Below the pieces are notes generated by a model. That model was not told the origin of the DNA, did no database searches, and saw only the letters and a program-made list of their open reading frames with translations. DNA of 63,970 nucleotides, filler included, from Bipalium vagum (Eukaryota), in assembly GCA_037834085.1 (NCBI GenBank). It is 3 parts of 3 records of this genome, joined end to end, with 100 filler letters (N's around TTAATTAATTAA, not from the genome) between each part and the next. Parts side by side here need not be neighbours in the genome. Positions count along the whole stretch, not along the records: positions 1 to 19,714 come from JBBMKC010269471.1; 2 more parts are not named here. One strand, written 5' to 3'. This document shows, in pieces, positions 1 to 13,699 of this stretch. Positions within the stretch are counted from its first letter, which is position 1. Every line of letters begins with the position of its first letter. Position numbers and translations under genes: made by a program.

Positions 1-72
1 TTTGCATAGTTTTTTTGTGAAATTATATAAATGTGAAATAATGGGGTGTGAAATTATACAGTGTTGACTGTA
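1..72. mobile_element. Right end of a pogo/Tigger-like element
   Basis: Ends ...GTTGACTG followed by TA (terminus CAGTCAAC), with three subterminal TGTGAAAT repeats. Confidence 0.45.
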
Positions 73-326
73 TATATTTACTTTTATTTAAACCATTTTT
101 TTACATTTATGATTTCGATTTAATTATTTTAATTAACATAATTATTTTTATATCTACATGTAAAATTTAGATAAATATTTATAGGTAAATTGAAAATTAT
201 ATTATTCATAATTCCATTTTATAATACCACTAATTTCAATAGTGTTATCGTAAGGTCAACATAAGTTTTTTCGAAAATTTTCAAAAAATCTAAAATTACG
301 AAAAATTTGATAGACATTTAATTATA

Positions 327-1540
327 TTAAGTTGAGGAAAAGTATTGTATTTTATTAATCAAAATATGTGTACCATTGGCATCCACAACACTTTTTCAAT
401 GCTCTACGAGTTTACACCTTTCCTGAAAAAGTACGGGTCATGGGATTCAATAAAAAAAGGTGAAGGTATTTTGAACATCATCTTGATTTTTGAACTGCTT
501 GTTTCATAGGAAATAGACATGAATATATGATAATCTGTGGGGAAATATATCTGGAGAATAAAGTTGGTGAGGTACAGTTTCGTAATTCAGTTCTTGTAAT
601 TTTTGTAGTTAATTTAGCAACGTGCGATCGAGCGTTATAGTGCAAAAGGAAGGGATTGCTGCGATTCACCAAGGTATGTTGGTTTTGCTTCGGTTTTTCA
701 TGACAATCATCGAGTTAATGACAATATGATCCCGCTGTGATAGTTAGTCAAAAATGCAAGATATCATAATGAATAATACCGAACATAGACCACCAAACGG
801 TTATCATTTCTTTCTTTGGAGTAATTCCTTGCTTTGCAACTATGCTTGGCTACGTATTTTTGTCTACCAGCTCTCCGGAACGCCCGATGCTATCAAATTC
901 ATTTCTCGTGACAGGTAATAATTCTTTTAAGGATAGTCTCATTTTTGTTTCTTAGAAATAAAAGAGTAAATGAATAATCGATAATTTTTGCAATTTTCAT
1001 TTATTTGATATAGGATCTTTTTGCATCTTTTTCATTTTTCCAATTTGTTTAAGAATATCGCAAATTATTGTGTTGTCTACTCCAAATATATTTGCAAGTG
1101 AACAAATTGATTTTTGGATTCGATCTTGAATTTTAAAAGCTATTATTATTCGCTGATGGTCGACCTGAAAGACACTGATCTTCAATGGATATGTCCCAAA
1201 AACAGAATCGTTTAAACCAACATTGAGCATATGGTTTAGAAACTGAATCTTTACCAATGCTTGGCAAATATTTCACGTAGTCTCTGATGCATTTTCTCTA
1301 ACTTATATTCATAAAGTAAGCAAGTTCTAATTTGCACCGTTGTCATTGTCTGTTAAATAGCATTTTATATTATTAAAACAAACCTAAAATAATAAAATGT
1401 TTTAATTTAATTACGGCTTACCTGTCTTATTATTATTTATCAATAAATATAAAATTACTAGTCGAAATTTTAAAAATATTTTTCTTTAAAGTTAATAAAT
1501 GTATATGAAAAAGCTAAAATACATTTCCTTCAATCAAATA
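327..1540 (-). mobile_element. Decayed mariner (DD34D) transposon
   Basis: Frameshifted transposase remnants (LLHYNARSHVA and a YSPD-like segment) between degraded TIRs starting TTAAGTTGAGGAAA. Confidence 0.7.
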
Positions 1541-1729
1541 ATAAATCTATAAATACAAACAATTTTCTACTTTTAGTTTCTTAATCTGTTCTAATATTGT
1601 ACAAAATATATTGCTGTTTTTTTTCATTTTCTATACAGTAATCTTATAAACTAAAAATTAATTTTTTAAAACGCAATATGTGAGCTATAATATTTAAGTA
1701 TTTTATGTAAATCATATGATAACATATCA

Positions 1730-1735
<6 letters not shown>

Positions 1736-1768
<33 letters not shown>
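1736..1768. repeat. (TA)n microsatellite
   Basis: Seen directly, about 70 bp upstream of the SHMT ATG. Confidence 0.9.
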
Positions 1769-1770
<2 letters not shown>

Positions 1771-1840
1771 TTTTAGAAATATATTTATCTAATAAGATTT
1801 ATTTTTGTTGTTTTAAATTAATTTCATTTCATTTTTGAAA

Positions 1841-2896
1841 ATGTTAAAGTCGTTCCTTTTTAAAAAAGTAAGAAATTATAAATTATAAATTTATCTTCTC
1901 AGGTTTACCAATGTTAGTTATTATTAAAATAGAATCCAATATATCGCAGAATACTTTGATCATATCATTTTAATTTATGAATTTGAAATATATTTAAATA
2001 TGATTTTCAAAAATACTATTGTATTAAATTTCAGTCAAAATATTTTTTTCAGAATCTGTCATTATTTCATAAATTGGTTTGCACATATGTGTCGAAGGAT
2101 ACTGAGGTTCGAGAGAGAAACGGCCAAGAATTACTCCAAAATTCAGATTCAGAAGTATTTGATCTTATTAAACAAGAAAAACAGCGTCAAAGAAATGGTC
2201 TTCAGTTAATTGCATCAGAGGTTGGGAGATTAAATCTTTTTCTTAATAATATGGAAAACTGTTCAATTAGTTTTTCAAATTTAAACTCATACTTCACTTA
2301 GCCTTAGTGCGTTACAACAGCGTAAAATTTAAACCAGAGATGAAAAACTTCTGTTGTCTTAACTGTTATTTTTCCATTATCATGTAAGATATTTAGTAAT
2401 TGAGTTCGTCTGCCGGAGAAAATGGTTTAGAATTATAAATAATAATAATATCTTTATATTGATTTTGATAATAAAATAATAATAAAAATAAAAAATCCCT
2501 AATAAGTATTAATAATAATAAATATTAATGATAAATAATATTCCAAATTAAATTATATTCTCAATTTCCCATTTCTGAATTACGGATGTTAACCCTTTAC
2601 GATCTGAATTCGTTTTAAATATTGGAAGTTCATTAGCTGATCCATCATAACCGACTGAAATCATGTGAGACTTAACTGAGAAAATTGCTAAATTTGCCAG
2701 ATAAAATAAATATGAACTTTGGTTTCGTCGATCAGGAATGTGAACTTATTCCAAGATGGAAATCGTACCTTAATCACACCCATTCATCTTGTGAATTAAT
2801 TTTGTATATCGATCAGAATTTCTGCAGCACAGCGGTCATGCAGGCTGTTGGATCTTGTTTAACCAATAAATATGCTGAAGGCTACTCTGGAGCCAG

Positions 2897-2941
<45 letters not shown>

Positions 2942-2942
2942 G

Positions 2943-2980
<38 letters not shown>

Positions 2981-5900
2981 TATTACTCCATATTGACTAT
3001 GTAGAAGTTTTTATGCATATTATTTGTTATTATTTTTATTTATAAAAAAGACTCAATTTTCTTCACAGATATTATGGGGGAACAGAAATAGTCAATAAAA
3101 TTGAAAATTTGGCGTGTGCCAGGTTATTGGATCTGTATCGATTGGATTCATCGGAATGGGGAGTCAATGTACAACCTCTCAGTGGGTCTCCGGCAAACTT
3201 TGCCGTTTACACTGGTCTATTGCAGCCTCATGATCGGATCATGGGACTCGATCTACCAGATGGTGGTCATTTGACTCATGGGTTCATGACCAAAGACAAA
3301 CGGATCAGTGCCACATCGATTTTTTTTGAATCCATGCCATATAAATTGAACGTAAGCTTGATAGTTGCTCTTTCTTCCATTATTTTCTAAATTATTTATT
3401 TAAACTTTACCCTCTTTCGCAAATAAGGAAAATATACTAATTTCGATTTCTTCAATTAAATCATAAAACTCTTAAAGTTTTATTTTATTCAATTTAATAT
3501 ACAGGATGTGGCAAAAGTAACTCAATTTTTTGTTTTATATAGTTTTATTATAGTAAAACCTGCCAATGATGGGCACTACTAGGACCGAAACTTTTGCCCA
3601 AATTTGCTCAGAAAAAATATCAATATTTAATTTTTATTGTTTTTAAATAAAAGTATCGAATTAATCTGTGAACAAATTAAGAGGTCTCACTATATTAAAT
3701 ATTTCTAATTATTAGTTTTGTGGGATATAATTTTTTAAAATACTTTATATTGATTTTAATATCTGTGATTATTTAAAGAACACAAAGTGAAAGCAATTCA
3801 GTTTTATTATGGAAATAACAGTAATAGTACTACAGCCATTCGTTTATTATCTGCTACATTTAACATTGGACAGTCAAAACTCACAAATTTAGTTAGGATA
3901 TTTAAAAGAAATTGGAAAATCAGGAAGGTCAATTTCATCAACAAGTAAAGACAAAACTATTGAGCTAAGAGTAATACCAAAAATGCAGTAGATGAATTTC
4001 TTAACAGTTGAATATTCTTGATAGAAGTGTTCGTCGAATCTTGAATAACAAAGTTAACATGATGGGGATAAAGACAGACGAATAGAGTTTTTTGGTTTTC
4101 TATGGCAAAATATTTGATAGGACAAATATTAATATTGAATTAATTTTTTTCTCTATCAATAAGAATAATACCACAAAATTTCACTCCTTTCAGCCATCAA
4201 TTTATTGATATTGTGCTACTGAATTTGAAACTTATCAATTTATTATTCATAATGAAACATAAAATTGGAACACTTTTATTATGTTGCTTATTCCGTATGA
4301 TAATGTTAGTTGTAGAAAATTAAAATCAATTATTTATCGATTAAATTAAAATTTAAATCAATATTTATAATTTTTATTTTAATTTATATTAATTTTTACC
4401 AAATTTAAGTTGTTAAAATAAAAACATTTCGAAAAAGCATTTATAAACTATTAAAAATATGAAAAAAAATTTTATTATATAATAATAATAAATCGATTGA
4501 TGGTTTCATAAAACATTTATTTTGATTGTTAATGTATTAATTATTGATTAGGTAAAATTCAATATTAAGAGTTTTCTGAAAAATCTAATTGTTGTTTTGT
4601 TTGCATTTAAACAATTTTGGAATTGTGAATTTTATTTCTTTTCAAATAAAAAGCTATTCTTTATTAAATTATTTTTTTAATTCTAATATAAAAACAAAAT
4701 TTCAACCGGTTTTCGAAACAGGACAAGTAATATTAAAGAAATAATTATACTAATATTCTTTATTATTTTATAAATCAGCTCTTTCTATTTTTCCCATTCT
4801 CCCGCCCATACGTGTTTTATCTCCTTTTTTCTCTGTTTTATTTTAAAATAACGAATAGTTACCTTTTATTTCGATTTCAATTAGGATAGTTAATTAAGAA
4901 TCTCTCTTAAAGAAAGAATTGTGTTTTCCACAAACAGGTTCCTTTCATGATATATATCTTTAATGGACTTTCTAGACGAGATGCCGTTAAAAATACATTA
5001 AAAAAAGCTTTTTCTAAATATCCGAAGCAGATAAATAGAGAGGAGTCAGAATAATGAATAGGTATATGTCATAGATTATTTTTTGAAAAACTGTAAATAC
5101 CAAAAATTCATAATAACTAAATAAATTTAATATTAGGTAAATTTAATCGAAAAGATATATTTCACCTGTTCTCTTAGACTTGCTACTAACAAGCTTTTTA
5201 CATAACTTTGTTTTAAGTTCTCATTATTCTGAGAAGTAATTTTTAAGTCTTATTCATTTTGGCAATCTTGGTTCAACTTGTATTAAAAAACTAAATATTT
5301 TAATATTTTCTAACAAACTTAATGAGTATTATAAACCACTAATAATTCAATAGATTAAACTATTACAAACGATTTCTTACAGTTCACAGTTGAAATAAAA
5401 TATCGATCAATTTTATTAAAAAATATTTTCTATTTTTAAAATATTTTTAAAATCCATAATAATACGAATTTTCAGCAAATTATTCAGTAAAATATTTAGA
5501 ATTTTAAAATTATCAAAGACTGGTTATATATAATATTTTAACAATCAATGTTTATTTCAGCTTGTAATATTCATTTTATTTAAAAAATTGTCTTAATTCT
5601 CTAAATTTAATTTTCGGTTCTCATATAATATGGTTTGAAGAATTAAAAAAAACCACCGAAACACAAATGCTTTTATATCATTTAATAAAGGTAGATTAAA
5701 ATTATTTCCAAAATAATCAATATCAATTCATAATTCGTAATATTGGTCAATCTAAATTACTTTTCTGCTAATTAAATGGAAAATCATTAAGTTGCATTGA
5801 TTTTTTAAATTATTTATTTTATTTCGATCGATATTGTAAAAAAATATATTTTGACTTTGATCTGTTCGTCGTGTTTGATTTCTTGACTTCAATTTTCTAT

Positions 5901-8900
5901 CAAATTTGTTATTAGAACAAAACCGGTCTCATCGATTATGACGCTTTGGAGAAGTCAGCTGAGATTTTCAAACCTAAATTGATCATTGCTGGAGTCTCAG
6001 CCTATTCCAGATTGCTGGACTACGCTCGATTTCGTCAGGTAAGCTAGTCAAAAGTCATTAGGATCATTCCATAAAAAAATAAATAAGGATTTCTTTTTAT
6101 TGATTTCATTCTTTATATTTATATTGTGGTTCAAAATTTTTATTTTTAATTAAATCTGTCTATTAATTTTAAATCTGTTGTCAGGGCTAGAGAACTCAAT
6201 TTTATTGGTTTCCTGGGAAAAATCGATTTTTATTAAATCAATATTACTATATATTTAGAGCATTGCTTTTAATTCAAAAATTATTATCAGTTTTATTTAG
6301 TCTCATATATTTATTGATTTTATTGAAATATATATTAATATAAAGGGGTGTTAAAAATAATGTTTTTAATAAACAATTTATATTTCGTGTAAACCTTTCT
6401 ATACAGAAATATTTTATGAATAAGAAGAAAGCATTTTAAGACCAAAATTTTATTATAATTTATTTGAATCATCCTATCTGAAGGACAATACTTGCCTTCG
6501 TTTAGCCAAATTCAATAATTCTTTGGAGCAAAATTTAATCGACCGTATCTCACAACCAACTTACTCTCCTCTCATGAATGTGGTGGATAGCCTCATATTC
6601 GGGAATTTTGAGTCAAGGAGAAAAATGAAAGAAAATGAAATCCGTGCGAGAAATAAAATGTTCCTAGAACAGTTCTTGGTAGAAAAGGCAGATTACAAGC
6701 GATTTTTTGATTAGCAACACGAGGTTTGTCATTTTGGTGTAATGGGATGACTGCTATTCGTCCCTTAACTTTTGTATTTTCGTTATCCAAATCCCTCGAT
6801 CAACTTTATAAATCGATTTCTGTACTGAACTACCATAATTGATTAGTTTCTTTTTCTTTTTCATGAGCATTCATCAAATTTAAATTCTACACAACCAATA
6901 CTTGTGTTCATTTGATTCTTTTTTTGATAGAACTGCACCGTTGTGTTACCATTTTCATATTTTACATGATAAATTCTTTGTTCACATCCAAAAAGAATAA
7001 TATTGAGTTAGTTAAAGGTCATTTTTTAGTTCCTTAAAACGATTTTGTAACAAACTTATAACCATCTTTTTGAAACGAAATTGCTATCAACTCAATATTA
7101 ATTTTTATTTTTCAGCTTTTCTAAAATAACAATAATACTAATTTAATTATTTAATTCGTTTTTATAAATTTTAAGATAAATTAATGTATTATTTTCATTA
7201 ATTACCACAACTTATTTCATTAAATATTGACCGTTATTATTTTTAATTTTATCAATTTTCTATAATCGATTAATGCTAGTGGAATTATATTATTTTTGCT
7301 TATTAAATTAAAAATGGAACTTGTACCGAGCAAATTTCGCCTTTATTTCTTCTTTATTCCGACTTTTTGTATTTACTTAGAAAGATTATGGTACTTTTAG
7401 ATTTGTGATAAGGTTGACGCCATACTGCTTGCCGACATGGCTCATATATCAGGATTAGTGGCAAGCCATGTCATCCCTTCCCCCTTTGAATATGCCGATG
7501 TCGTTTCCAGTACAACCCACAAATCATTGAGAGGTCCGCGAGCCGGTATGATATTTTATCGACGGAAACCGAGGGAGGTGACCAAGGAAACTGCAAAATC
7601 AACTGAAAAATGGGTAAATCCACGTATGGTCAATGCGGAAGAAAAAATAAACGGGGCCGTTTTTCCCGGCTTGCAAGGAGGACCACACATCAATGCAATT
7701 GCTGGCGTGGCTGTGATGGCTAAAGAGGTGAGGTAGACTTTTTAATACATGTTTGTTTTACTTGGTCGTACCGATCACACCTTTAAACATCGATTTTTTC
7801 TTTATTTGTGGTCATTGATTAATAATATAGTTTAAATAAAATAAATGTTAACAATATTTACATAGTTTGCTATAAGATTACAAATGTATATACACGGCAT
7901 TCGATTTTGAAGCATTTAACCAAATATTGCACATCAAAGTTCAACTTTACAGAAGGCGACATCCATTATTTGCCAATATGATAACAGTTCAACCACCTGT
8001 CATTAACAAGATCGATTTTGTACAATTCTCAGACGCAGAGTTAGAAATTGACAATAACACATCGGAAACTGTTCACCAAATTAACGGAAACTGCTGAAAT
8101 TGTATTGCACATGAATGAAATGAAATTACACATCAAAGAATTCCAGGCTGTGAATTGAACGAATAAAAATGCAACACAAATTTAATTATCCATATTCGTG
8201 TATGGAAAATATATAGAATCTAATGGTGAAAGGAATGAAAATAATTTTTTACTTCATTTTAAAGTTTCAAGGTTGTCAAAATCCCCTTTCAGTTTTTTTG
8301 ACTGATCTGCTATTTGTACTCCTGCCTCATATAATGGCAAATATAATGGTATCATGTCGAAAGTGATTTAATGAAAACAAATGACCATTTTACAGACGAA
8401 ATCGACAATTTGATTAACTATTTTCTCAATACATTTTATTGTATTTAGTCGAATTGTTTGTTTAGTTGATATTGATTTGATCACTTGTTATTTTCCGCAT
8501 TATCTACACTGATAATCTTAGATTCAGATCATGATTTCAAGGAATGTTATGAGGTGTGATGTAAACATGTCTTCTGATCGGAGATTTTCAGATTCTGGTT
8601 TTGATATGGATTCTTGTATTTTTTTGTCTTTTTCTTTCCTATTTTGATGATTATTATTTATTTTTAAGTGGCTTTAAAATTTTTGTTTTTTAATCAAAAG
8701 CCAAATCCAAGTAGAATATTCTTTTTTTATTTTTCAAAATTTTTAAATGTAACTTTTTTAATCAATAACTTAAAACTTTTGCAATCTTTCAAAAATTTAT
8801 TTTAATCTTTTTAACCCTTGAACTGATTATTTTGTAACTTATAATATTCAATATATCTCTTTGTAAATTTTAATCAAATAATCTATTATAATAGAATATT

Positions 8901-8997
8901 TGTAATTGATAATTTTCTGAAATCATTTTGGTTTATAAATCTTTTTAAAATTATTTTTTAACACAGTTAATTTTAAATATTACTATGAGATTAAGGG

Positions 8998-9064
<67 letters not shown>

Positions 9065-10454
9065 TTTTAACAATACTAATAAGAAAATGATTTAAAATTA
9101 AAGTAAATATTCAGTTCTCTAAATTAATTAAAAATAATACTATAAAATGAAGTTAATTAAAAATATTCAAAAGCATAATGAAAGTAGAACATTTTTGTCT
9201 TAAGGAAATTATCCTTATGTTATCCATTAAATTTCAGGCCAAATCTGAGGCCTTTGTTGCATATTCCAAACAAGTTTTATTGAACGCTAAGGCGTTGGCA
9301 GATGAATTGACAAAGCTTAATTACAATATTGTGTCTGGAGGCACCGATTGCCATTTATTATTGTTAGACCTTCGTTCCAAAGGTATTGATGGTTCTCGAG
9401 TGGATTGGGTCTGCGAACAGTCGGGAATTGTAGCCAACAAGAATACCGTGCCTGGCGATAAAAGCGCAATGAATCCCGGAGGACTGCGGCTTGGTAAAAA
9501 TTTATTGATTATAATTTTTAATGAATATTGGTATGGAAAGTATCTTATTTAAAACTTTTATAACAACTTATTTATAAATGGACACAATTTTTTTATGTTC
9601 CTAAAGCCTAAATCGTTTTCCATGTAATAATGAAATACGATACATTTCTAAATGGAAAAAATGATACAGGTAAAGTCAAATATAACCTTATCTAAATTTT
9701 ATTTTATAGAGAAATTTCATTATTCTATTTTAAAAAATAACATTTTTTAATATATCTTATTATTTTCAATTTTAATCAATAATGAATTATTTTGAAAGCA
9801 ATTTCGATTTTTTGATATCAATATTTAATCATTGTTTTAAATCATAAACCTCTCTAAAATTGTCTAATGATCATCGATTTTATCAATTGACATTTCTTGC
9901 TATTGTCTCTCAGAAAACACTTGTATAATAAGTATAAAATAATGAATTAAGCTTTAAGTTGGCATTCTCCTCAATTCCAAGAGTACTGGAATTCTGTCGT
10001 TCCAGCAGTTCTCAGATTTTTTTCTGATTCAAGTTCAGTTCTGCTCTATTCATTTTTTTGTTTTTCATTCATAATAAATCCTCCAGATTTTCATCATCAA
10101 TGATTTCTCTTTAACATTTTAATAGGTCTGTTACTTTATCCTTAAATCAGGAACCCCGGCGTTGACTTCGCGAAATTTAAAGGAGACTGATTTCAGAAAA
10201 ATCGCAGCATTTATTGATAAAGGAGTGCAGATAGCACTGGATGCCAAACCTCATTCGAGTAAGTAGTTATTTCACAGTTTCCAAAGAACGATCAGCTTCA
10301 ATTGAGTTTATTTTTCTTATTTGAAGAAAATCTCAAAGAATTCAAAGCATTTGTCATTTCGGATAAGAAAACAGCGACGGTGATAAAGGATTTAAGACTA
10401 CAAGTGGAAGAATTTATTTCCAAATTTCCCATGCCCGGTTGGGATGAATATTGA
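1841..10454 (+). CDS. SHMT: Serine hydroxymethyltransferase, probably mitochondrial (9 exons, about 499 aa)
   Basis: GT-AG exons with consistent phase: 1841-1867, 2053-2220, 2817-2896, 3069-3351, 5916-6038, 7401-7727, 9238-9493, 10151-10258, 10327-10454 (1500 nt). Motifs [55 protein letters not shown]-lysine [39 protein letters not shown], and C-terminal FPMPG. The N-terminus [17 protein letters not shown] is basic and lacks acidic residues, like a transit peptide. Exon 1 is the least certain. Confidence 0.95.
2898..2982. repeat. (TTA)n microsatellite at the start of SHMT intron 3
   Basis: Seen directly; source of the spurious poly-Leu ORF. Confidence 0.95.
6345..7100. mobile_element. Decayed mariner fragments in SHMT intron 5
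   Basis: [13 protein letters not shown] segment resembling the mariner HPPYSPDL..D..LF motif; further fragments nearby. Confidence 0.45.
9001..9060. repeat. (AAT)n microsatellite
   Basis: About 20 perfect units. Confidence 0.95.
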
Positions 10455-10494
10455 AAATGTTATTTTTATTTATTAAAGTTTGATAAATGAGAAA

Positions 10495-10500
10495 AATAAA
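10495..10500 (+). promoter_or_regulatory. Candidate polyadenylation signal (AATAAA) of SHMT
   Basis: AATAAA about 40 nt after the stop codon; weak evidence in AT-rich DNA. Confidence 0.35.
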
Positions 10501-11699
10501 AAAAATTTTCTTATCAGAAATGTTTGCATTTTTTTCATTTGACCAATAATATTTTATCAGAGCTTTTGAGTGAAAAATATTCTCGAAAGATATATTCAAC
10601 AAACCATAATACGTTAAAGGTTTTTAAGTTCGCGCTCACTAGAAAGGACATGGAAGTTGATATTTTATTTTTTACCTGACGGTGCTACGATTATCTTTGT
10701 AATATAAAATTGATTCTAAATCTACAGAAGTCAGTATAAAGCGATTTACTAATAATTATTAATAATTGATTTTTATCAACTGAAAATTTTATTTTATACA
10801 TCTGAAATATTGTAATATTGCGTCATTTGTGCAATATAAGTTCACTGTATTTTTAAGGTTGCTGCAGTCTTTAATTGATAGTTATTTTGAAAGGGTAACT
10901 ATCACTGACTTAGTATACAATTACAAGAGGTTACACTCATTTGAATACTTAATACCAGTATTATTTAGAGTCCATATTTTGTAAATTAAGTTTTTTATAA
11001 GAGGTTCTTGATTTACAATCACAGAAGAGATTAAAAATAAAAATTTTACATTTAAAACTTAAGATTAAAAGACATAAAATATAAAAAGTATATATAATAT
11101 TAAACTTGCATTGTTTTAAAACGCAAATCAACTCAGCTATTTTAAATGTAATTTTTGTCATAATACATGAGACATTTTCAGTTTAAAATTGCATTCTGAG
11201 CTAAGACCAATAATAATATTAAATATAATGTTGAAAGAATTGTGTAAGCATTTTCCAAGATGTAATTGAGAATTTCAAAAATATTACAAATCTGTTTAAA
11301 CTTTGAAAGATGAGAATTATATTCAAAATGATATATTACAAGACCTTCATTTGTTTTTTCAGTCAATTTTAATCCTCTGGTAACTATGGAGACTCAATTG
11401 CCATGTTGCGTAACATTGAATAAAAAATTGAAAAAAGAATTGCTTATGAAAATAAATAATAATAAGTCAAAACAATATCTTATAGTTATATTATTAATAA
11501 GAATTTACGACAAACTGCTTTCGTCAGTTTCTTCTTGAAACTCATCGAAGTTATTAACGCCAATAAAGAATGACAAATTGTAAAAATACATTATTTTTAT
11601 ACTAATAAAATTTAAATTTGAATTATTATTGATTTAATTTATGCTAAGGTTTTTAAAATCTTGTAAAATAAACATACGTTATTTTTAGCAATATTTTCT

Positions 11700-12525
11700 T
11701 TTAGATAATGTGTAAGAAAATTGATAAAAACCCATTATGAAAATGGAAAAACACCGGAAGAAATTTATGAAGATGTAGCAAAAACGGTACTAAAGTCCAC
11801 TATTTATAGATGGACTAAACTAATAAAAGAGTTAATTATCATTACTTGCTCGAAATTGCCCTGGACGTCTTAGAACCGTAAGAACGAAAAAATTTATAAA
11901 AAAAATTAATAGAAACCCTACAACAAACAAATAAAGAATCAGCTAGAAATTTAGCTTTAGATTTCAAATGTTCAAGAGGAACTATTGGAAATATTATACA
12001 TAGTAACTTGAGATTTAAGTGCTACATGAAAATAAAAGTTCCCTATCTATCTGAGTCCAAAATCATTAGTCGAAAAACGTGCTCATGTTGGTTAAGAAAA
12101 AGATTAAATAAACAGGCAGTGAACAAAATTATGTTTAGTGATAAAAAAAATCTTTTGATGCAGATGGTCAGTTTGATCCACAAAACGACGTCGTTTATGT
12201 TGTGTCTAGAAAAGATGCAAATTTAAAAGGTGGACTTTTCAAAAGAGAAAATATCCTTTGAAAGTGATGGTATGGGTTGGACTGACATATCAAGGTCCGA
12301 TGAAACCTGTATTCTTACCGACAAAAACATCTTTTGATACAAGATTTTATATATCAAATGTACTTCCAATCGTTGCCAAAATGGAAGTTAGATCATTGGA
12401 AGCGATTCCATATATCAGCAGAATGTTGCTAGCTGTCACAGAAGCAAAGAAACGATTGCAGCACTCAAAAAACTGGCATTTAAATAATAGCTCGAAATCA
12501 TTGGCCACCAAATTCACCAGATCTT
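11700..12525 (+). mobile_element. Decayed Tc1/mariner, maT (DD37D)-like, 3'-truncated
   Basis: IMFSD, PQND, KVMVWVGL and WPPNSPDL across frameshifts; homology stops right after WPPNSPDL. Confidence 0.7.
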
Positions 12526-13586
12526 TAATTGTTCCACATTTTGAATTGAGAATGTGAATTATCTTTGTCAAATGGGAATATTGTGAAATGATATCATATA
12601 TATCTTTTGTTAAACATAGCTTTTGCACAGCGACACATTCTCTTATGGAAATTATACCCTCAATCAAGAATTCTTCGAGCTCTATTCTTTTTACTTCAAT
12701 TAAATTTTTAGAATAATATTCACATGCATCTAACCTCATTCTTCATCTAGTTGGAATAACAGCAGGTAATTGAGCAAATTTACTACTAATAATTGGTTTT
12801 TAATCGTCAATGCTTTCACTCTGCCTTATAGTTCATCAATCTCAATGTAATATGATTTTATCCTCATAGCTTCATTATGTATCAAATGAGAAGTACAAGT
12901 TACATGAAAAAGATGTCTACATGATTCTTTTAATATAGAAGAAGCTTTAACCATATATGTAGCTGCGTCGGATCATCAACATTAATATCAATTTTTATAA
13001 GAATACCTATAATTATTCTTACAATAATTTTGGAATTAATCGAGCTTTCCGATATAATCGTTTCATAATAATGGTCAAATGGATTTTCCAATAAGCCAGT
13101 ATTTACATTACAAAATTTAATACCTTTTAATTCAGCCTCGTCTATTATTAAAAATATTTTCTTTTGGGTAAATTTAAATTTTAAACTCATTTTCCTAGAC
13201 CGATAAATATCAATAATATGCAATCTAACTGAAGATTCGGATGGACTTGATTGCCCCAAGAAGATAAATAAATCTATAATTGCGGGATGCCTCAGTTTTT
13301 TTTAAAGAATATCGACAGCTAGAAACGATTCAGCAATTTTCATGGATAGAGATGATGTAGGAAAATTAATCTGTTGTTGAATTTTTGGACTTTTCATATC
13401 TTGTGCCAATTTTAAATGTTTTGACGTATTTAAATGTTGAATTACTGATGATTTTTGATCATTGAAAATATACGAAACACATATTTGACAGAATAACTTC
13501 TCTTCATTTGCTATCAAATGATTTTTTTGAAATTCATTTAATATAAATTTGAGTCTTTTGTACTTTGTTTTTGATATCTTTACCAT
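12526..13586 (-). mobile_element. Decayed hAT transposase with CGGBP1-like N-terminal zinc finger
   Basis: LFCQIC...SSVIQHLNTSKH zinc finger, then FLIIDEA, HVTCTSHLIH (CxxH) and PTR*(W); stops and frameshifts present. Confidence 0.65.
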
Positions 13587-13699
13587 TTTATTTGGGATAA
13601 TAAGATAAATTTTAAATATTTATCATTGCTAAGTTAATGATAGACATTAAATAATAAAAATTCAGTCCAATCGGGAAAAAATTTTATCTTCATTTGATT

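Noticed and set aside
1903-1912. Possible SHMT microexon or alternative acceptor giving a cytosolic isoform
   Set aside because: It leads to a stop or frameshift, and no suitable downstream in-frame ATG exists.
2685-2996. ORF with poly-leucine tract
   Set aside because: SHMT exon 3 read through into an intronic (TTA)n repeat.
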